Assembly (NCBI GenBank): GCA_951406725.2
Contig: OX597817.1
Span: 77,252,001-77,316,000 of the forward strand
DNA from: Octopus vulgaris
Taxonomy: Eukaryota
DNA length: 64,000 nucleotides
Direction: 5' to 3'
In this document: piece by piece, positions 38,947 to 52,844 of the stretch
How the letters are laid out: each line of letters opens with the position of its first letter
Position numbering within the stretch: the stretch's first letter is position 1
Position numbers and translations under genes: made by a program
The notes under the pieces: generated by a model
Told to the model about the DNA's origin: nothing
Seen by the model: the letters and a program-made list of their open reading frames with translations, nothing else
Databases searched by the model: none

Positions 38947-40434
38947 CACTACTACTACTACTGCTACTACTTCTGATATAGACACAAAGTCACAAATTTG
39001 AGAGGAGAGTGTTAATCAAAGTGACACCAACTCTTGACTGATACTTTATTTTATTGATGTCCAGAAGATTGAAGGGCAAAGTTAACCTAGTTATAGGATT
39101 TGAACTCATAGTGTAAAGAACCCTTAACCAACTGTTGTACTCCAATCTAAAGGCACATGCCTGGTGTTGTTCCATTCACCTAAAACATTTCCTCACCGCC
39201 TACATCATCATCATCATCGTTTAACATCTGCTTTGCATGCTGGCATGGTTTCTACAGCTGGATGCCCTTCCTAATGACAACCACTCCATGAGTGTAACGA
39301 GCACTTTTTATGTGCCACTGGCATGGGTGCCATTTACATGACTATGATTCCGGGGGTGCCATTTTCATGATATTATCAACCACCACAAGTATGATTTCAC
39401 TTGGCTTGACGAGTCTTCTCAAGCACTGCGTGTCATGAAAGGTCTCAGTCACTTGTCATCACCTCTGTGAGGCCCAAATTTTGAAGATCATGCTACTGGC
39501 AACAGCTACGATTATGATTTCAAGGGTGCCATTCACTTGACAAATTGAATGCATGCAAGCACTTCCCTCTCCGTCCCCACCTTTCCTTCCTAGTGGAACT
39601 TGAAAAAAAAAAACAAAATGAAAAAATTAGGGCTTGTTCAAAGAGGATGGTACCTACTCTCAACTCTCTCAACTTCATCTACCATAGACACAAAACAAAA
39701 GAACACTGCTTGCCCATACTAGTTAAAGGAAAGCTGCTAATTCCATACATTGGAGCCAGGCCAAACTTTATAGAGAGAACTATAGATGATTTAATCAACC
39801 AAGCACTTGACAGCTACCCATTATCAACACATATGCACACATGCACATAATTTATAAAATGAAAGTTATTAATTGGAGCATGATAGTAAATTAATTATTT
39901 AAATCTTTCTCATCTTATTTTCATAAAAGATTAGCTAATACAACTATGATATTCATTATTAAGACCTGCTGTACTTGCAGCGTTAACAATTCTTTTGAAA
40001 TTGTATATAAGGCATGTAGGTGTGTGAGTGTGTGTGTATATATAAATATATATATACATATATACATATCTATATCTATTCATATATATATATATATAAT
40101 AATGTATATATATATATATACGTACATACAACTACAATGCACATATATACATGTATGTATGTATATATATATATACATATGTTTGTACGCCTGTGTTTTC
40201 GGTGTGTCTACGTCCCCGTAACTTAGCGGATCAGCAAAAGAGACAGATAGAATAAAGTACTAGGCTTACAAAGAATAAGTTCTGGGGGCGATTTGTTCAA
40301 CTAAGGGTGGTGCCCCAGCATGGCCACAGTCAAACGACTGAAACAAAGAAGTAAAGGAATATATATATATATATATATACATACAAACATATGTACATAC
40401 ATATGCATATATGTATGTATATAGATATATACAT

Positions 40435-40875
40435 ACATCATCATCATCGTTTAGCGTCCGCTTTCCATGCTGGCATGGGTTGGACGGTTCAACTGGGGTC
40501 TGGGAAGCCAGAAGGCTGCACCAGGCCCAGTCTGACCTGGCAATGTTTCTACGGCTGGATGCCCTTCCTAACGCCAACCACTCCATGAGTGTAGTGAGTG
40601 CTTTTAACGTGCCAGACGAGGCTGGCAAACGGCCATGATCGGATGGTGCTTTTTACGTGCCACCGGCATGGAGGCCTAGCGAGGCTGGCAATGGCCATGA
40701 TTGGATGGTGCTTTTTATGTGCCACCAGCACTGAGGCCAGTCGGGGCGGCGCTAGCAATGGCCACATTCGGACGGTACTCTTATGGGCCACCGGCACTGG
40801 CATCACAGCTACAATTTCCATTGATGTTGATCGATTTTGATTTTGATTTTCACTTGCCTCAACAAGTCTTCACAA
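40435..40875 (-). mobile_element. Retroposon family D copy
   Basis: Same sequence as the 30165 copy, extending to TTCACTTGCCTCAACAAGTCTTC. Confidence 0.8.
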
Positions 40876-40933
<58 letters not shown>

Positions 40934-40984
40934 CGGAAACACACACATATAAATACATGCACACACATCTGCCTCACTCAGTAT

Positions 40985-41342
40985 ATATTTTATATCCTTA
41001 TTCACCTTGGGAAAGTGTTTCCTACTATAACCTAAGGCCAATCAAAGTCTTATAAGTGGTTTTGGTATACGAAAGCTGAAAGAAACCCATCGTGTGTCTG
41101 TGTGTGTATGCATATAACTATGTGTGTGTGTGTGTCTCTGTGACCATGTTTGTCCCCCCACCACCACTTGATAATTGGTGGGGGTATATTTATGTCATTA
41201 TAATGTAGCAGTTAGGCATAAGAGACCGATAGAAGAAGTACTAGGGTTCCAAAAACAAGTCACAGGGTTGGTTTGTTTAACTTAAACCCTTCAAGGCAAT
41301 GCTCCAGCATGGCTACAGTCAAACGACTAAAACAAGTAAACA
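40985..41342 (+). mobile_element. SINE family B, diverged copy
   Basis: Reads CACCTTGGGAAAGTGTTTCCTACTATA...AAAGAGACCGATAGAAGAAGTACTAGG...CAGTCAAACGACTAAAACAAGTAAA. Confidence 0.7.
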
Positions 41343-44300
41343 AAAATATATATATATATAAAAACATTCAAGCGAGGTCATTGCCAGTGCTGCTGGACTG
41401 ACTCCTGTGCTGGTTGCACGTAAAAAAAACACCATTTCGAGCATGGCCATTGCCAGTACCGCCAGACTGGCCCTTGTGCAGATGGCATGTAAAAGCACCC
41501 ACTATGCTCTCAGAGTAGTTGGTGTTAAGAAGGGCATCCAGCTGTAGAAACTCTGCCAGATCAGATTGGAGCCTGGTGCAGCCATCTGGTTGGCCAGTCC
41601 TCAGTCAAATCGTCCAACCCATGCTAGCATGGAAAGCGGACGTTAAAGGATGATGATGATATATATGAACCCATTGTAAATATATGCATGAGTATCTCCA
41701 TCGCACAAGTGGTGCTGTTTGTTTTCAGTCTTCCATGAGAGACATGTTCAACCATGAGGGGGGAAATATTACCTTGCTTGAAAACAGGTGTGGGTTAGTG
41801 ACGGGAAGGACACCCAGCTGTTGAAAATCTGTCCCATTAAACACTGACACATAGAAGCATGGAAAAGTGGATGGTAAAATGGTGATGATGATCATTACCT
41901 TGATTGATTATTGCAATAAACTATCTATCAATTGATGTGACTAAATATCTATCAGTCAAATGACATATGCATCTATTGATCTATCTCTTAAGTGATATAT
42001 GTATTATATATGCATCTATATCTGTTACACACTCATGCACACAAATGTAGTTATTTCTTGTCTGCCTGTCCATCCAACCATGCATTTATCCATGTAAAAC
42101 ATTAATTAGTTAAATAAATAAATAAATAATGATGATGATAATAGAAATAATAATAACAATAATAATAATAATAGATATCATCATATAAATACATAAATAG
42201 ATAGCTAACTACAATAGGCCCTTTTCCCCAAATGCTTTCTACAGGTGTCTGATGTTAAGCAGTCTGGTCAAACTTGATCTGATCTCATCTCATCTGGTTT
42301 GAGCTAGTTTGATCTGGCCTGACCTTGCTGGTCTGGTCTGGACTGGGCTGGTCTAGCAGAGTGTAATTTCTCCTTCTCATTTGGTTTTGTTTTCTGATGT
42401 ATTTCCTTAGCATTTACAAATTACAATATTCTGTTAGCACTCACATAACTAGTCAATAACCATTATGATAGAGCAACAGTATATGCTGACGTTCGATCAA
42501 TAGAACAGGCAACTTGTTTGCATTTTTAAGCAACAAACCTAAAAACCAACCCCTGATAGGATGAGCGTAAGCTAAAGCTAAAATGGAACAAATCAACGTT
42601 TGTCCATGTGTGAAACCAGTTAATGATACAGTAAGCAGTTGTTAGGAGAATCTCATTACTGGCAAGACTGCAGTTCTTTCGGAACTACTCAAAGACTTGC
42701 AGGAGGAAAAGATGGAAAGACATGGCCACAGGGAAATGATGAAAATGTCAGGTAAATTAGTAAAACTCAATAGAGGAAAGAAGAAAAAGAAAAAAAAAAA
42801 GAGTGAGAAAAAGAAAAGAAAAAAAGAAAACTAATGTCAGAAATGGTTTTCCAAGAATTTGATCTTAATGGAATAAAAATAAATAAATGAATAAATAAAT
42901 TAATAAAGAAGTGAAGAAAAAAAAATCAGTGCCCAGATCCACGTATGTGCACACACGCATAGATATATATGTGCATGTGCGCGCGCACACACACACACAC
43001 ACAGATATACTGTATATACATAAAATTATATTATAGACTTTTGTACGCAGTGCATGTACAAATGCAGTGATCTTGCCTCGTGTATGTACAGAAATACAAA
43101 TACATGCATTAACTATACAAGCATGCACAAGCATATGCAAGTACATATGCACACATACACACACACACATTAATACATATATACACAATTATATATATAC
43201 ATTTACACACATCAGCAAAAGAATACATTCTCCTCTGTGTGGTCACTAATAGACATACATCTACGTATTAACAAATCTACAGACACATATATGTGTGTGT
43301 GTGTGTAAATAGATACTCACATTCATTTACAATAATATAAATATTCACACATCAATATACAGTCTCTCACACACACATATACATCATCAATCATATGTAT
43401 GGTTTGGTTCATCTGCAAACACAAATAAACCCACACACAAGCTCATAAATACACACACACCAGCTCATAAATACACACACACACACAAGTTCATAAATAC
43501 ACACACACACACAAGTTCATAAATACACACATACACACATTTGAACATTTGCTTGAATGTTCTAGGCGGAAATCTTAAATTGGAAGAAAGTTATCAAATA
43601 GAATTTCTTGAAAATAATGGGTAAAAAAAATAGTCCCAAAAGTTTAATCAGAAACGTTCTAGATTGAAGAATAATTCAAACCATGAGACATTTTAAAAAT
43701 AATTTCATTGTTACACATCATATTTGATGGGAAATATTCTTGGGAGAGAATGGATTACACTAAGCCATTCATGACAATATTTCTGATGTAATACACCAAT
43801 CCAGTGTATTTCTATGACCATACTTTGTGATGTGGCAGATATTGCATCACGGAAGATGTGCCTTGATTCTGGAAATGTAATTCTAGGTAAAGAATATTCT
43901 TATTTCAATTTTATATTTGGTTTGCAAGATTCTTTATGTAAACCTGTGCATTAAAGCAGATCTTGTATTCTGGGAGGGTCATTACACAACAATAAACACA
44001 TGCACTGGTTCAGTTTCACATAGCATATCTGCTTCTATACTTAGTAGAGATAAGGCATATCAAATATTATTTCAGCAAGTTTAAAGTGATTTCTTTTGTG
44101 CTGTAAACCATTTCCAATTTCTGTGGTGCCGCCTTCCCCTTGATGCTCAAGGATATGCTTATTTTGCTAAATGGTTAATCCAGCATTAGTTGAACCTGAA
44201 ACCACATGGTTAGAAAGCAAACTTCTTAAACACACAACCATGCCTGTCATTTGATTATAACTGATGCTGCTAATAATGAAAATAATAGTAATATGTTAAC

Positions 44301-44617
44301 TAAGAAATTGAATAGATTTGTATGTGTGTTCCTGTGTTCCCATGTATGTGTATGCATTATTTCATGAGACTGCAGGCCAAGGAAACCAAATAACTTTCCT
44401 GTATATTCAAAAGTGAAATACAAAGGCTTCAGCAGTTAAATCAGAAATATGATTGTTAAGCTTAAAGCAAGAAAGTAAAATTCATAATTGTATTGTTGTA
44501 AACAGAAAGCAATTAATATATATCAAGGAATGAATAATACTGTTATATTATCTTTTATGAGTGAAGAAAACCTGCAGACCATTGAAACCAGGAAAAACTA
44601 AAATTAAACTATAGATA

Positions 44618-45023
44618 TACTCTTTACTCTTACTCTTTTACTTGTTTCAGTCATTTGACTGCGGCCATGCTGGAGCACCGCCTTTAGTCGAGCAAATCGA
44701 CCCCGGGACTTATTCTTTGTGTAAGCCCAGTACTTATTCAATCGGTCTCTTTTTGCCGAACCGCTGAGTGACAGGGACGTAAACACACCAGCATCGGTTG
44801 TCAAGCAATGCTACGGGTACAAACACAGACACACAAACATATACACACGCACACATATACATATATACGACAGGCTTCTTTCAGTTTCTGTCCACCAAAT
44901 CCACTCACAAGGCATTGGTTGGCCCGGGGCTATAGCAGAAGACACTTGCCCAAGGTGCCACACAGTGGGACTGAACCCGGAACCATGTGGTTAGTAAGCA
45001 AGCTACTTACCACACAGCCACTC
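44618..45023 (-). mobile_element. SINE family B, young full-length copy
   Basis: Reverse complement of the 34576 copy, with many CpGs retained. Confidence 0.85.
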
Positions 45024-45451
45024 ATATATATATATATATATATATGAAAAAAAAACAAGTAGGTATCAAATTTACATATTTTCTTCCATCTTCACAATTT
45101 GCTACACGCTAATTATAATGATTACATATTAATTAATTCTTGAGACAGGAAGATAAGAATATATGAAGGTTATGACACTGAATCTGTGAGATGTCCATGA
45201 CGTTTTTTTTTTATTTTGAGGAATTTAGCCACTATAAGAAAAGTAATGAATTACTTCCCTCAATGAAAAAAAAAAAAGAGGCATTATCAAGAGAAAAATC
45301 AAAAAGGGAAACTATTTGTAGTAAGGTAGACAGAAGGAATATCAAGCTATTGATTAAATATTATAGACTCTGCTTGAGTTGGCTATAGTTTCAATTGTAT
45401 TTCTTGTTACTAAACAAGTGCATGTATATTTATGTATTATATGTGTGTGTC

Positions 45452-45485
<34 letters not shown>

Positions 45486-45714
45486 TATATGTATGCAAAT
45501 ACAAGCATACTTGAAGTAGTTTGGTGTTAGGAAGAACATTTAGATGTAGGAACCAAGCCAAAAATGGAACTTTCAAAGATGTGGTTTTTCTGAACCACCT
45601 AGGAAAAAGCATTAATGTCCCATCCCCTTCCATATAAGCATGGAAAGCAGATGTAAAACGATGAGGATAATGACGATACTATATATTATAGAAAACTATT
45701 GTATGTGTGTGCGT

Positions 45715-45750
<36 letters not shown>

Positions 45751-45763
45751 TATATAAATATAT

Positions 45764-45830
<67 letters not shown>

Positions 45831-45968
45831 ATATTCAGAGTGGAGTTTGCATATATAATATAGTGGGTTGAAAAACTTCAATTAAATGAGATAAGAATTC
45901 CCAATAGTAGTGCTTAAAATCTAAGCCACGATTATGTGTATTTAGTTCACAAATGTTCCTCTGATGTA

Positions 45969-46004
<36 letters not shown>

Positions 46005-46179
46005 GTATGTGTGTGTGTGTGTGTGTGTGTGTGCATACATGTGTGTGCTTCAGTTTTGAAACAATTGGTAAAAAACTACTCCTGTTCTACAGTATTGTAT
46101 AAATATTTGTGCTACACAGTTGGGATATACTTGGGAATAATTTACTTATCATGTGGCATTGCCCAGTGTATATTTATAG

Positions 46180-46575
46180 GCATGGCTGGGTAGCAAGAAG
46201 TCTGCTTCTCGACAATATGGTTCTAGGTTCAGTTCCACTGTGTGGCGCCTTCAGCAAGTGCCTTTTACTCTAGCCCCCAAGCTGATCAAAGCCTTATGAG
46301 TGAATTTAGTTGATGGAAACAGAAAGCACTGCACCATATACATGTTTATGTATATGTATATGTGTGTGTGTGTTTATCCGCCACTTCCACGCCCAACTGG
46401 TGTTGCTGTTTATAACCCCAGATCTTAGTGGTTTACCAAAAAAGGCAGATAGATTATGTACCAGGCTTAAAAAAAAAAAAGAAATACTGTGGTTGATTAT
46501 TTCAAGTAAAATTCTTTGAGGTGGTGCCCCAGCATGGCAGCAGTCTAATGATCGAAAGAAGTCGAAGAAAAACGA
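46180..46575 (+). mobile_element. SINE family B, older diverged copy
   Basis: Colinear but degenerate match to the family B head, middle and tail. Confidence 0.75.
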
Positions 46576-46583
46576 TATTTGTA

Positions 46584-46992
46584 TACTCTTTTTTTTTACT
46601 CTTTTTACTTGTTTCAGTCATTTGACCAAGGCCATGCTGCAGCACCGCCTTTAGTCAAAGAAATCAACCCCAGGGCTTATTCTTTGTAAGCCTAGTACAT
46701 ATTCTATCAGTCTCTTTTGCTGAATCGCTAAGTTATGGGGAAGTAAACACACCAGCATCAGTTGTCAAGCAATGTTGTGGGGTCAAACACAGACACACAA
46801 ACATATACACACATATATATACATATATACACCAGGCTTCTTTCAGTTTCTGTCTACCAAATCCACTCACAAGGATTTGGTCGGCCCAAGGCTGTAGTAG
46901 GAGACACTTGCCCAAGATGCCATGCAGTAGGACTGAACCCAGAACCATGAGGTTGGTAAGCAAGCTACTTACCACACAGCCACTCCTGCACC
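46584..46992 (-). mobile_element. SINE family B, full-length copy, tail-to-tail with the 46180 copy
   Basis: Reverse-complement match from TACTCTTTTTACTTGTTTCAGTCA to ACCACACAGCCACTCCTGCACC. Confidence 0.85.
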
Positions 46993-47337
46993 AATGTGTA
47001 TATTATTCCTATTAATTATCAACAAAGATACTATGTCCTTTTAGTATACATATCACACCACACGTTTTTATGTTGTGTGTGTCTAGATTACATAATTTCA
47101 ATAGATAAAATAATGACATTGACTGATTACAAAATAGTTAAATAATGTAAATAATACCAAATTAATAAAATAATATTTAACAAACAGCCAATGACAATTA
47201 GAGCAACACAAAAATTAATAAGCTTGCAAGAATCACTATATAACTTGAGATACAGAAAACAGTTGCCTGAATGATTTCAGTAACACGAAGCTCTTGTGGT
47301 TTACTCCGTCTCTCCATCTATTCATCTATGTATCTAT

Positions 47338-47376
<39 letters not shown>

Positions 47377-47400
47377 CATATAAGAGACCGAAGTGTACGT

Positions 47401-47455
<55 letters not shown>

Positions 47456-48035
47456 CTAAATGGGACAAGAACACAAAACATGCGGACAGTTAGGTGATAC
47501 AAAAATAGGACAACAAAACATCCAGATAGACGATACAAAGAAAACAAGGACGGGTCATTCGAAGTTTTCTTTCCTCAGTCAAGTACCAGATTATCTTCGC
47601 AATTTCGGCTGATTATAGTTGAGATTGCTCCAATCTGGTCAGCCCCAAGGAAAAACTAAGCTAAGAGCATTAGAATCCTTGGAAGAAAGCAGTGAAAGAA
47701 TACAAAAACAAGGACAGGAAAAAAAGGACAATGTTACACAAATACAATAAAAATAATAACAGGACATAACAGAGAGAGAGAGAGATGTATATAAAACTAT
47801 ATACACATCACAATAAAGAAGTATATATAGAGATACATATTAAAAATATACATCTACATACATTCTCTTATATAAGTAATTCGTAAATATTCATGTGTAT
47901 ATGTGTATACACACACATGTAATGTATACATAAAGATATATATAAAGTATTTGATGCATGTATATATATATGGGTATATACATGGATTTATCCAAACATA
48001 CTGGAATTTATAAATGACAATATAGACATACATAC

Positions 48036-48098
<63 letters not shown>

Positions 48099-48689
48099 CA
48101 TCCACATGCACAGATGCACACGTAAAAAAACGCCCATATATGTACACACTCACAATCACATTTACACATATACATACATCATATAAACAAGTAGATACAT
48201 GTACATTGTATGTTCGATACAGGTGAAATGGTTTAAAGTTTACACTTGCAAAATATATACAAGATTCTGGCCAAAGAAAGAAAATTTCGAATTCTACTCT
48301 GCAAGACCTAACTTCCGATAATACGCCATGAAGGAATTATAAGGTGTTACTTGAAATGAATGTTACAAAACAATTCATCCAAAGACCCAGTGTTAAGTAC
48401 ATGATAGTGCTAATAACAATGTTAAACAAAAAAACGATAATAATAACAATAGTTATAGTTATAATACTAACTAATACACATATATTTATATATACATATA
48501 TGTGTGTCTGTGTATGTATATGCACATTGACATATATATACACATATATACATACATTTACATATATACATATACACACATATATACATACATTTACATA
48601 TATTCATATACATACATATAAGTCAGTTATTTTTTTCATTTCTCTTATTCTTAATATCCCTTACATTGTTCTTTTATTCTTATAATTAA

Positions 48690-49078
48690 TTGTATATATA
48701 TATTTTTTTTGTCTTTGATAACTGATACATATTAATATATATATTCAAATGATATGTACATATATATTCATTAATATATTAATATTAATATATATACATA
48801 TATATATATATACATACATATATATTCATTAATATATTAATATTAATATACATACATATATATACATATATATATATATAATATATATATATATTCAAAT
48901 AATTGGAACAAGAGCACAACCAATAAAAATACAAGAATTAACTCTAAAACTATTGCTGTAAATCCTTGATACATTTGTTTTCTTCTTTCTTTTAGCATAT
49001 GTGTATGTATGTATGTATATATATATATATATATATATACATACACACATATATACACATATGTATATAAAACACACA

Positions 49079-49113
<35 letters not shown>

Positions 49114-49238
49114 TATATCGGTGTTAACCTTATGCTTTTCATTTTTTATATTTTATATATATATATATACATATATATCATATATATATATATGTATATA
49201 CCTTATGCTTTTATATATATATTTATATATATAATATA

Positions 49239-49310
<72 letters not shown>

Positions 49311-49354
49311 TATATATATATAAATATATATATACATATACATATATATATATC

Positions 49355-49395
<41 letters not shown>

Positions 49396-49403
49396 TAATA
49401 TAT

Positions 49404-49449
<46 letters not shown>

Positions 49450-49495
49450 CATATATATACTATATATATATACATATATATATACATATATATAC

Positions 49496-49594
<99 letters not shown>

Positions 49595-49620
49595 CTATAT
49601 ATATATATATACATATATAA
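48690..49620. repeat. Long interrupted (TA)n tract starting ~80 bp after the Mef2 exon donor
   Basis: Nearly pure TA from 49150 to 49620. Confidence 0.95.
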
Positions 49621-49656
49621 TGCACACATAATTTTTTTTTTTTTACATATTTCTCA

Positions 49657-49923
<267 letters not shown>

Positions 49924-49938
49924 TTAGCAACATGCTCC

Positions 49939-49977
<39 letters not shown>

Positions 49978-50144
49978 TTGGTATCAAAGAGTGAGGTGGG
50001 GCAGATGGTGAGAGACAAGGAGACAGGGTGAGAGAGGAATGAAAGATTTTAAAAAACATACATAATAAGACAAATGTTTATGTTGGAATGCAAACTGTGG
50101 CCATTTGTCCCTTAAACTGTGAAATTAAATTTCATGGTTATTCC

Positions 50145-50540
50145 ACGGAAACTGAAAGAAGCCCATTGTATGAGTGTGTGTGTGTGTGTGAGTGCACGTG
50201 AGTGCAGTGTGCATGGTTATGTATGGGTTTGTGTGTATGTATGCATGTGTGTATGTGTCTTTGGATGAATGGGTGTTTGTGTGTGTGTTGCATGCATGTG
50301 TGTGTGTGTGTGTGTGTGTTTATATCTGTGTTTGCCTACCAACACTGCTTGAAAACCGGCGTTGGTGTGTTTGCATCTCCATGACTTTGCAGTTTAGCAA
50401 AAGAGACTGACAGAATAAGTAACAGGCTTAAAAAAAAAAAAACAGGTACCGGGGTCAATTTATTTCAAGTAAAATTCTTCAAGGCAAGGCTCCTGCATGG
50501 CCACAGTCTAAGGACTGACATAAGTTAAAGACAATAGAAT
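50145..50540 (+). mobile_element. SINE family B, 5'-truncated copy, ~240 bp from the Mef2 exon acceptor
   Basis: Reads ACGGAAACTGAAAGAAGCCC, an expanded TG tract, then GCAAAAGAGACTGACAGAATAAGT...CATGGCCACAGTC. Confidence 0.75.
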
Positions 50541-50566
50541 GATGGTAAATATTTTTATTATGTATT

Positions 50567-50874
50567 TTTTTATGCGCCCTTTTCAAGCCTAGCCAAGCTC
50601 ATGGCCCTGGTTTCTGTGGCATATGTGTTCCCCTGCTGCCCAGCTGGACGGGACGCCAGTCCATCACAGCATTACTCAAGAAACAGGAAGAGAGAGTGAG
50701 AGAAAGTTGTGGCGAAAGAGTACAACAGGGGTCGCCACCACCCCTTGCTGGAGCCTCATGGAACTTTTTGGTGTTTTCACTCAATACATACACACAACGC
50801 CCAGTCTGAGAATCGAAATTGCGATCCTCCGACCGCAAGTCCGCTGTCCTAACCACTGGAACAGTGTGCCTCCA
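50567..50874 (-). mobile_element. tRNA-derived SINE, family A head with a different 3' tail
   Basis: Shares head and core with the 56489 copy, then diverges to GATGGACTGGCGTCCCGTCCAG...GCTTGAAAAGGGCGCATAAAAAA. Confidence 0.8.
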
Positions 50875-51489
50875 TGGTAAATATTTACCAAAATTAAAAA
50901 ATGGTATTTACAGTAAGTCATCCTGCATCAATAAAACATCATTAAACATGACATTCTTCAACAAAAGACAGATTGGTTTATAAAACTGCTTTCAACAGTC
51001 AAGCGTAATGAAATTTTGAGTGGCTATACCTATTTCCACATTTACATGTATGGAGAAAGGCTAATTATGTAAAAATAATTAAGTCTTGGAGCTAGGGTGG
51101 CAGAAGTTATCTCCTGCTTGCAATAAATGTTGGGTGTGAGAAGTGGACTGAATAAACCAGCTGGAGGAGATGTCTTCCTATGGTTAAATGGTAGTATTGT
51201 TGTCTCTTAGAGGACAGTCACATTAAGGTGGTCGCAAGCAGTAAAAATAATTCTTTCAAAATGCAACGCATTTCCAGTAGTTGACTGGTATCATATTTTT
51301 CTATCTCAGAAAAATGAAAGGTGGAATTTGAACTCAGAATGTAAACAGCCTGAAGACACACAGGAAGACATTTTGTCTGGTGCTTTAATGAATCTGCCAA
51401 ATCAACCATTCTTTAACAAGAATGAATCCAAGGATGTTTGTAATTGATGTGTCAGTAAAAATCTGACCTAAGTTTGCCAATTTGGATAA

Positions 51490-51770
51490 GTTTCCAAGCC
51501 AGGCTCTGGTTCTACAGATATGTAATCAGAAATGTCATAGGAGAAAATCACAAGATAAATTCTTCAAGCTAAACCAAATGGCAGGGGACCTACAGGTAGA
51601 CCAAAAACAAGATGGTTGGATGATATCCATAGAGTCAGTTGGACACTGTCAGAATCCTGCTGGGAAGTCTAATGATGGTTACTTCTGATAGGATCCTTAT
51701 GGAGGAGGTGCCTCAAGAATCTGCTACCATAATTCTCCCAGGAATAGCAGCCAAAGAAGATGGTTGGATT
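51490..51770 (+). mobile_element. RTE-clade LINE, 3' end of the reverse transcriptase ORF (degenerate fragment)
   Basis: Translates with stops as ...EKITR*ILQAKPNGRGPTGRPKTRWLDDI, matching the C-terminal G-x-R-x-x-GRP-x-x-RW-x-D motif of RTE-type LINEs. Confidence 0.7.
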
Positions 51771-52804
51771 CCATAAGATTTTTGCTGTGAAAATAGGTGA
51801 ATTCTAATGTTTATGGTAAAGTTCTTTGTCAGAAAAGAAATTAATGGAATGGACCTTCTTGAATTGATAAATATTCTTGTCTCAACATGTCTTATAGATT
51901 TATAGAAATCAGTGAAATGAATAAAATAACATATCTCTATATTATAATAGCAAATGTAAGTACTGGTTAGTTGGTTTGTTTGCTGGTTGGTTGGCTGGTT
52001 TCTCTGCTCATGCTTTACAAAGAGAGAGGAATGATAGTGACACTCATTTACAACTGTCACACAGTGTCAAACCAAGGAGGAAACAACACACACACATACA
52101 TATACACACATATACGAACACACACATACACATACATACCCATAGACAATGTCTTTTTTGAGCCTCCATCTACAAAATCCAATCATTAGGCTTTGTTCAG
52201 ATCAGAGCTATCGTAGCAGTTACTTACTCAAGGTATCATGATGCCAGCCAGTGGGACTGAACCTGGAACCTTATGGTTATGAAGTAAAATCTTACCACAT
52301 ATCCATGGTTGATCCATAAGATCCGTAATCCACTGGCTTGCTGAGGACGTCATTACACAGTAAAGTTTCCCCACCTTTATGTGGGGTACTTAAGGCTTAA
52401 CAAGCCATCCGATTATAACTTTTCTTCTGATTCTGTATCATGACTCTAAATAAAGTCAATATTAAAACTTCTATGCAGCATCCTCCGCTTCCAGCAGAGA
52501 CTTCCACATCAGTTTGTGAAATCCATTTCCTTGAAATTTGTTGCCATCATATAGCTTTACTGATCATGATAATAAATTTCAAAATAAATTCACTCAAAGA
52601 ATCAAAAGAAACAAGACCCCCTACCACCACAACAAAAAAAAAAGATAAAAAAGAAGCCCCCCAAAAAATCAAAAAATCAAAATCTCAATCAAACGTTGAT
52701 CAATCAAACTAAAATTTCTAATATTTGTGTTCTGGGGTCATGTTTACTATATTTTTGTTTATTTTGTAAATCAATAAAACACTTTTTTCAATATATTTTT
52801 CAAC

Positions 52805-52844
<40 letters not shown>

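Noticed and set aside
42645-42751. Plus-strand exon-like segment ending AG|GTAAAT (ENLITGKTAVLSELLKDLQEEK...)
   Set aside because: Poor polypyrimidine tract and no partner exons. The open frames are explained by purine richness.
47550-47660. Further hammerhead-like fragments (CTGAGGA-AAG..CTT-CGAA; GGCTGA...TCAGCC-GAAA) on the minus strand
   Set aside because: Core and helices are too incomplete to call. Possibly a related repeat, but not supportable by eye.
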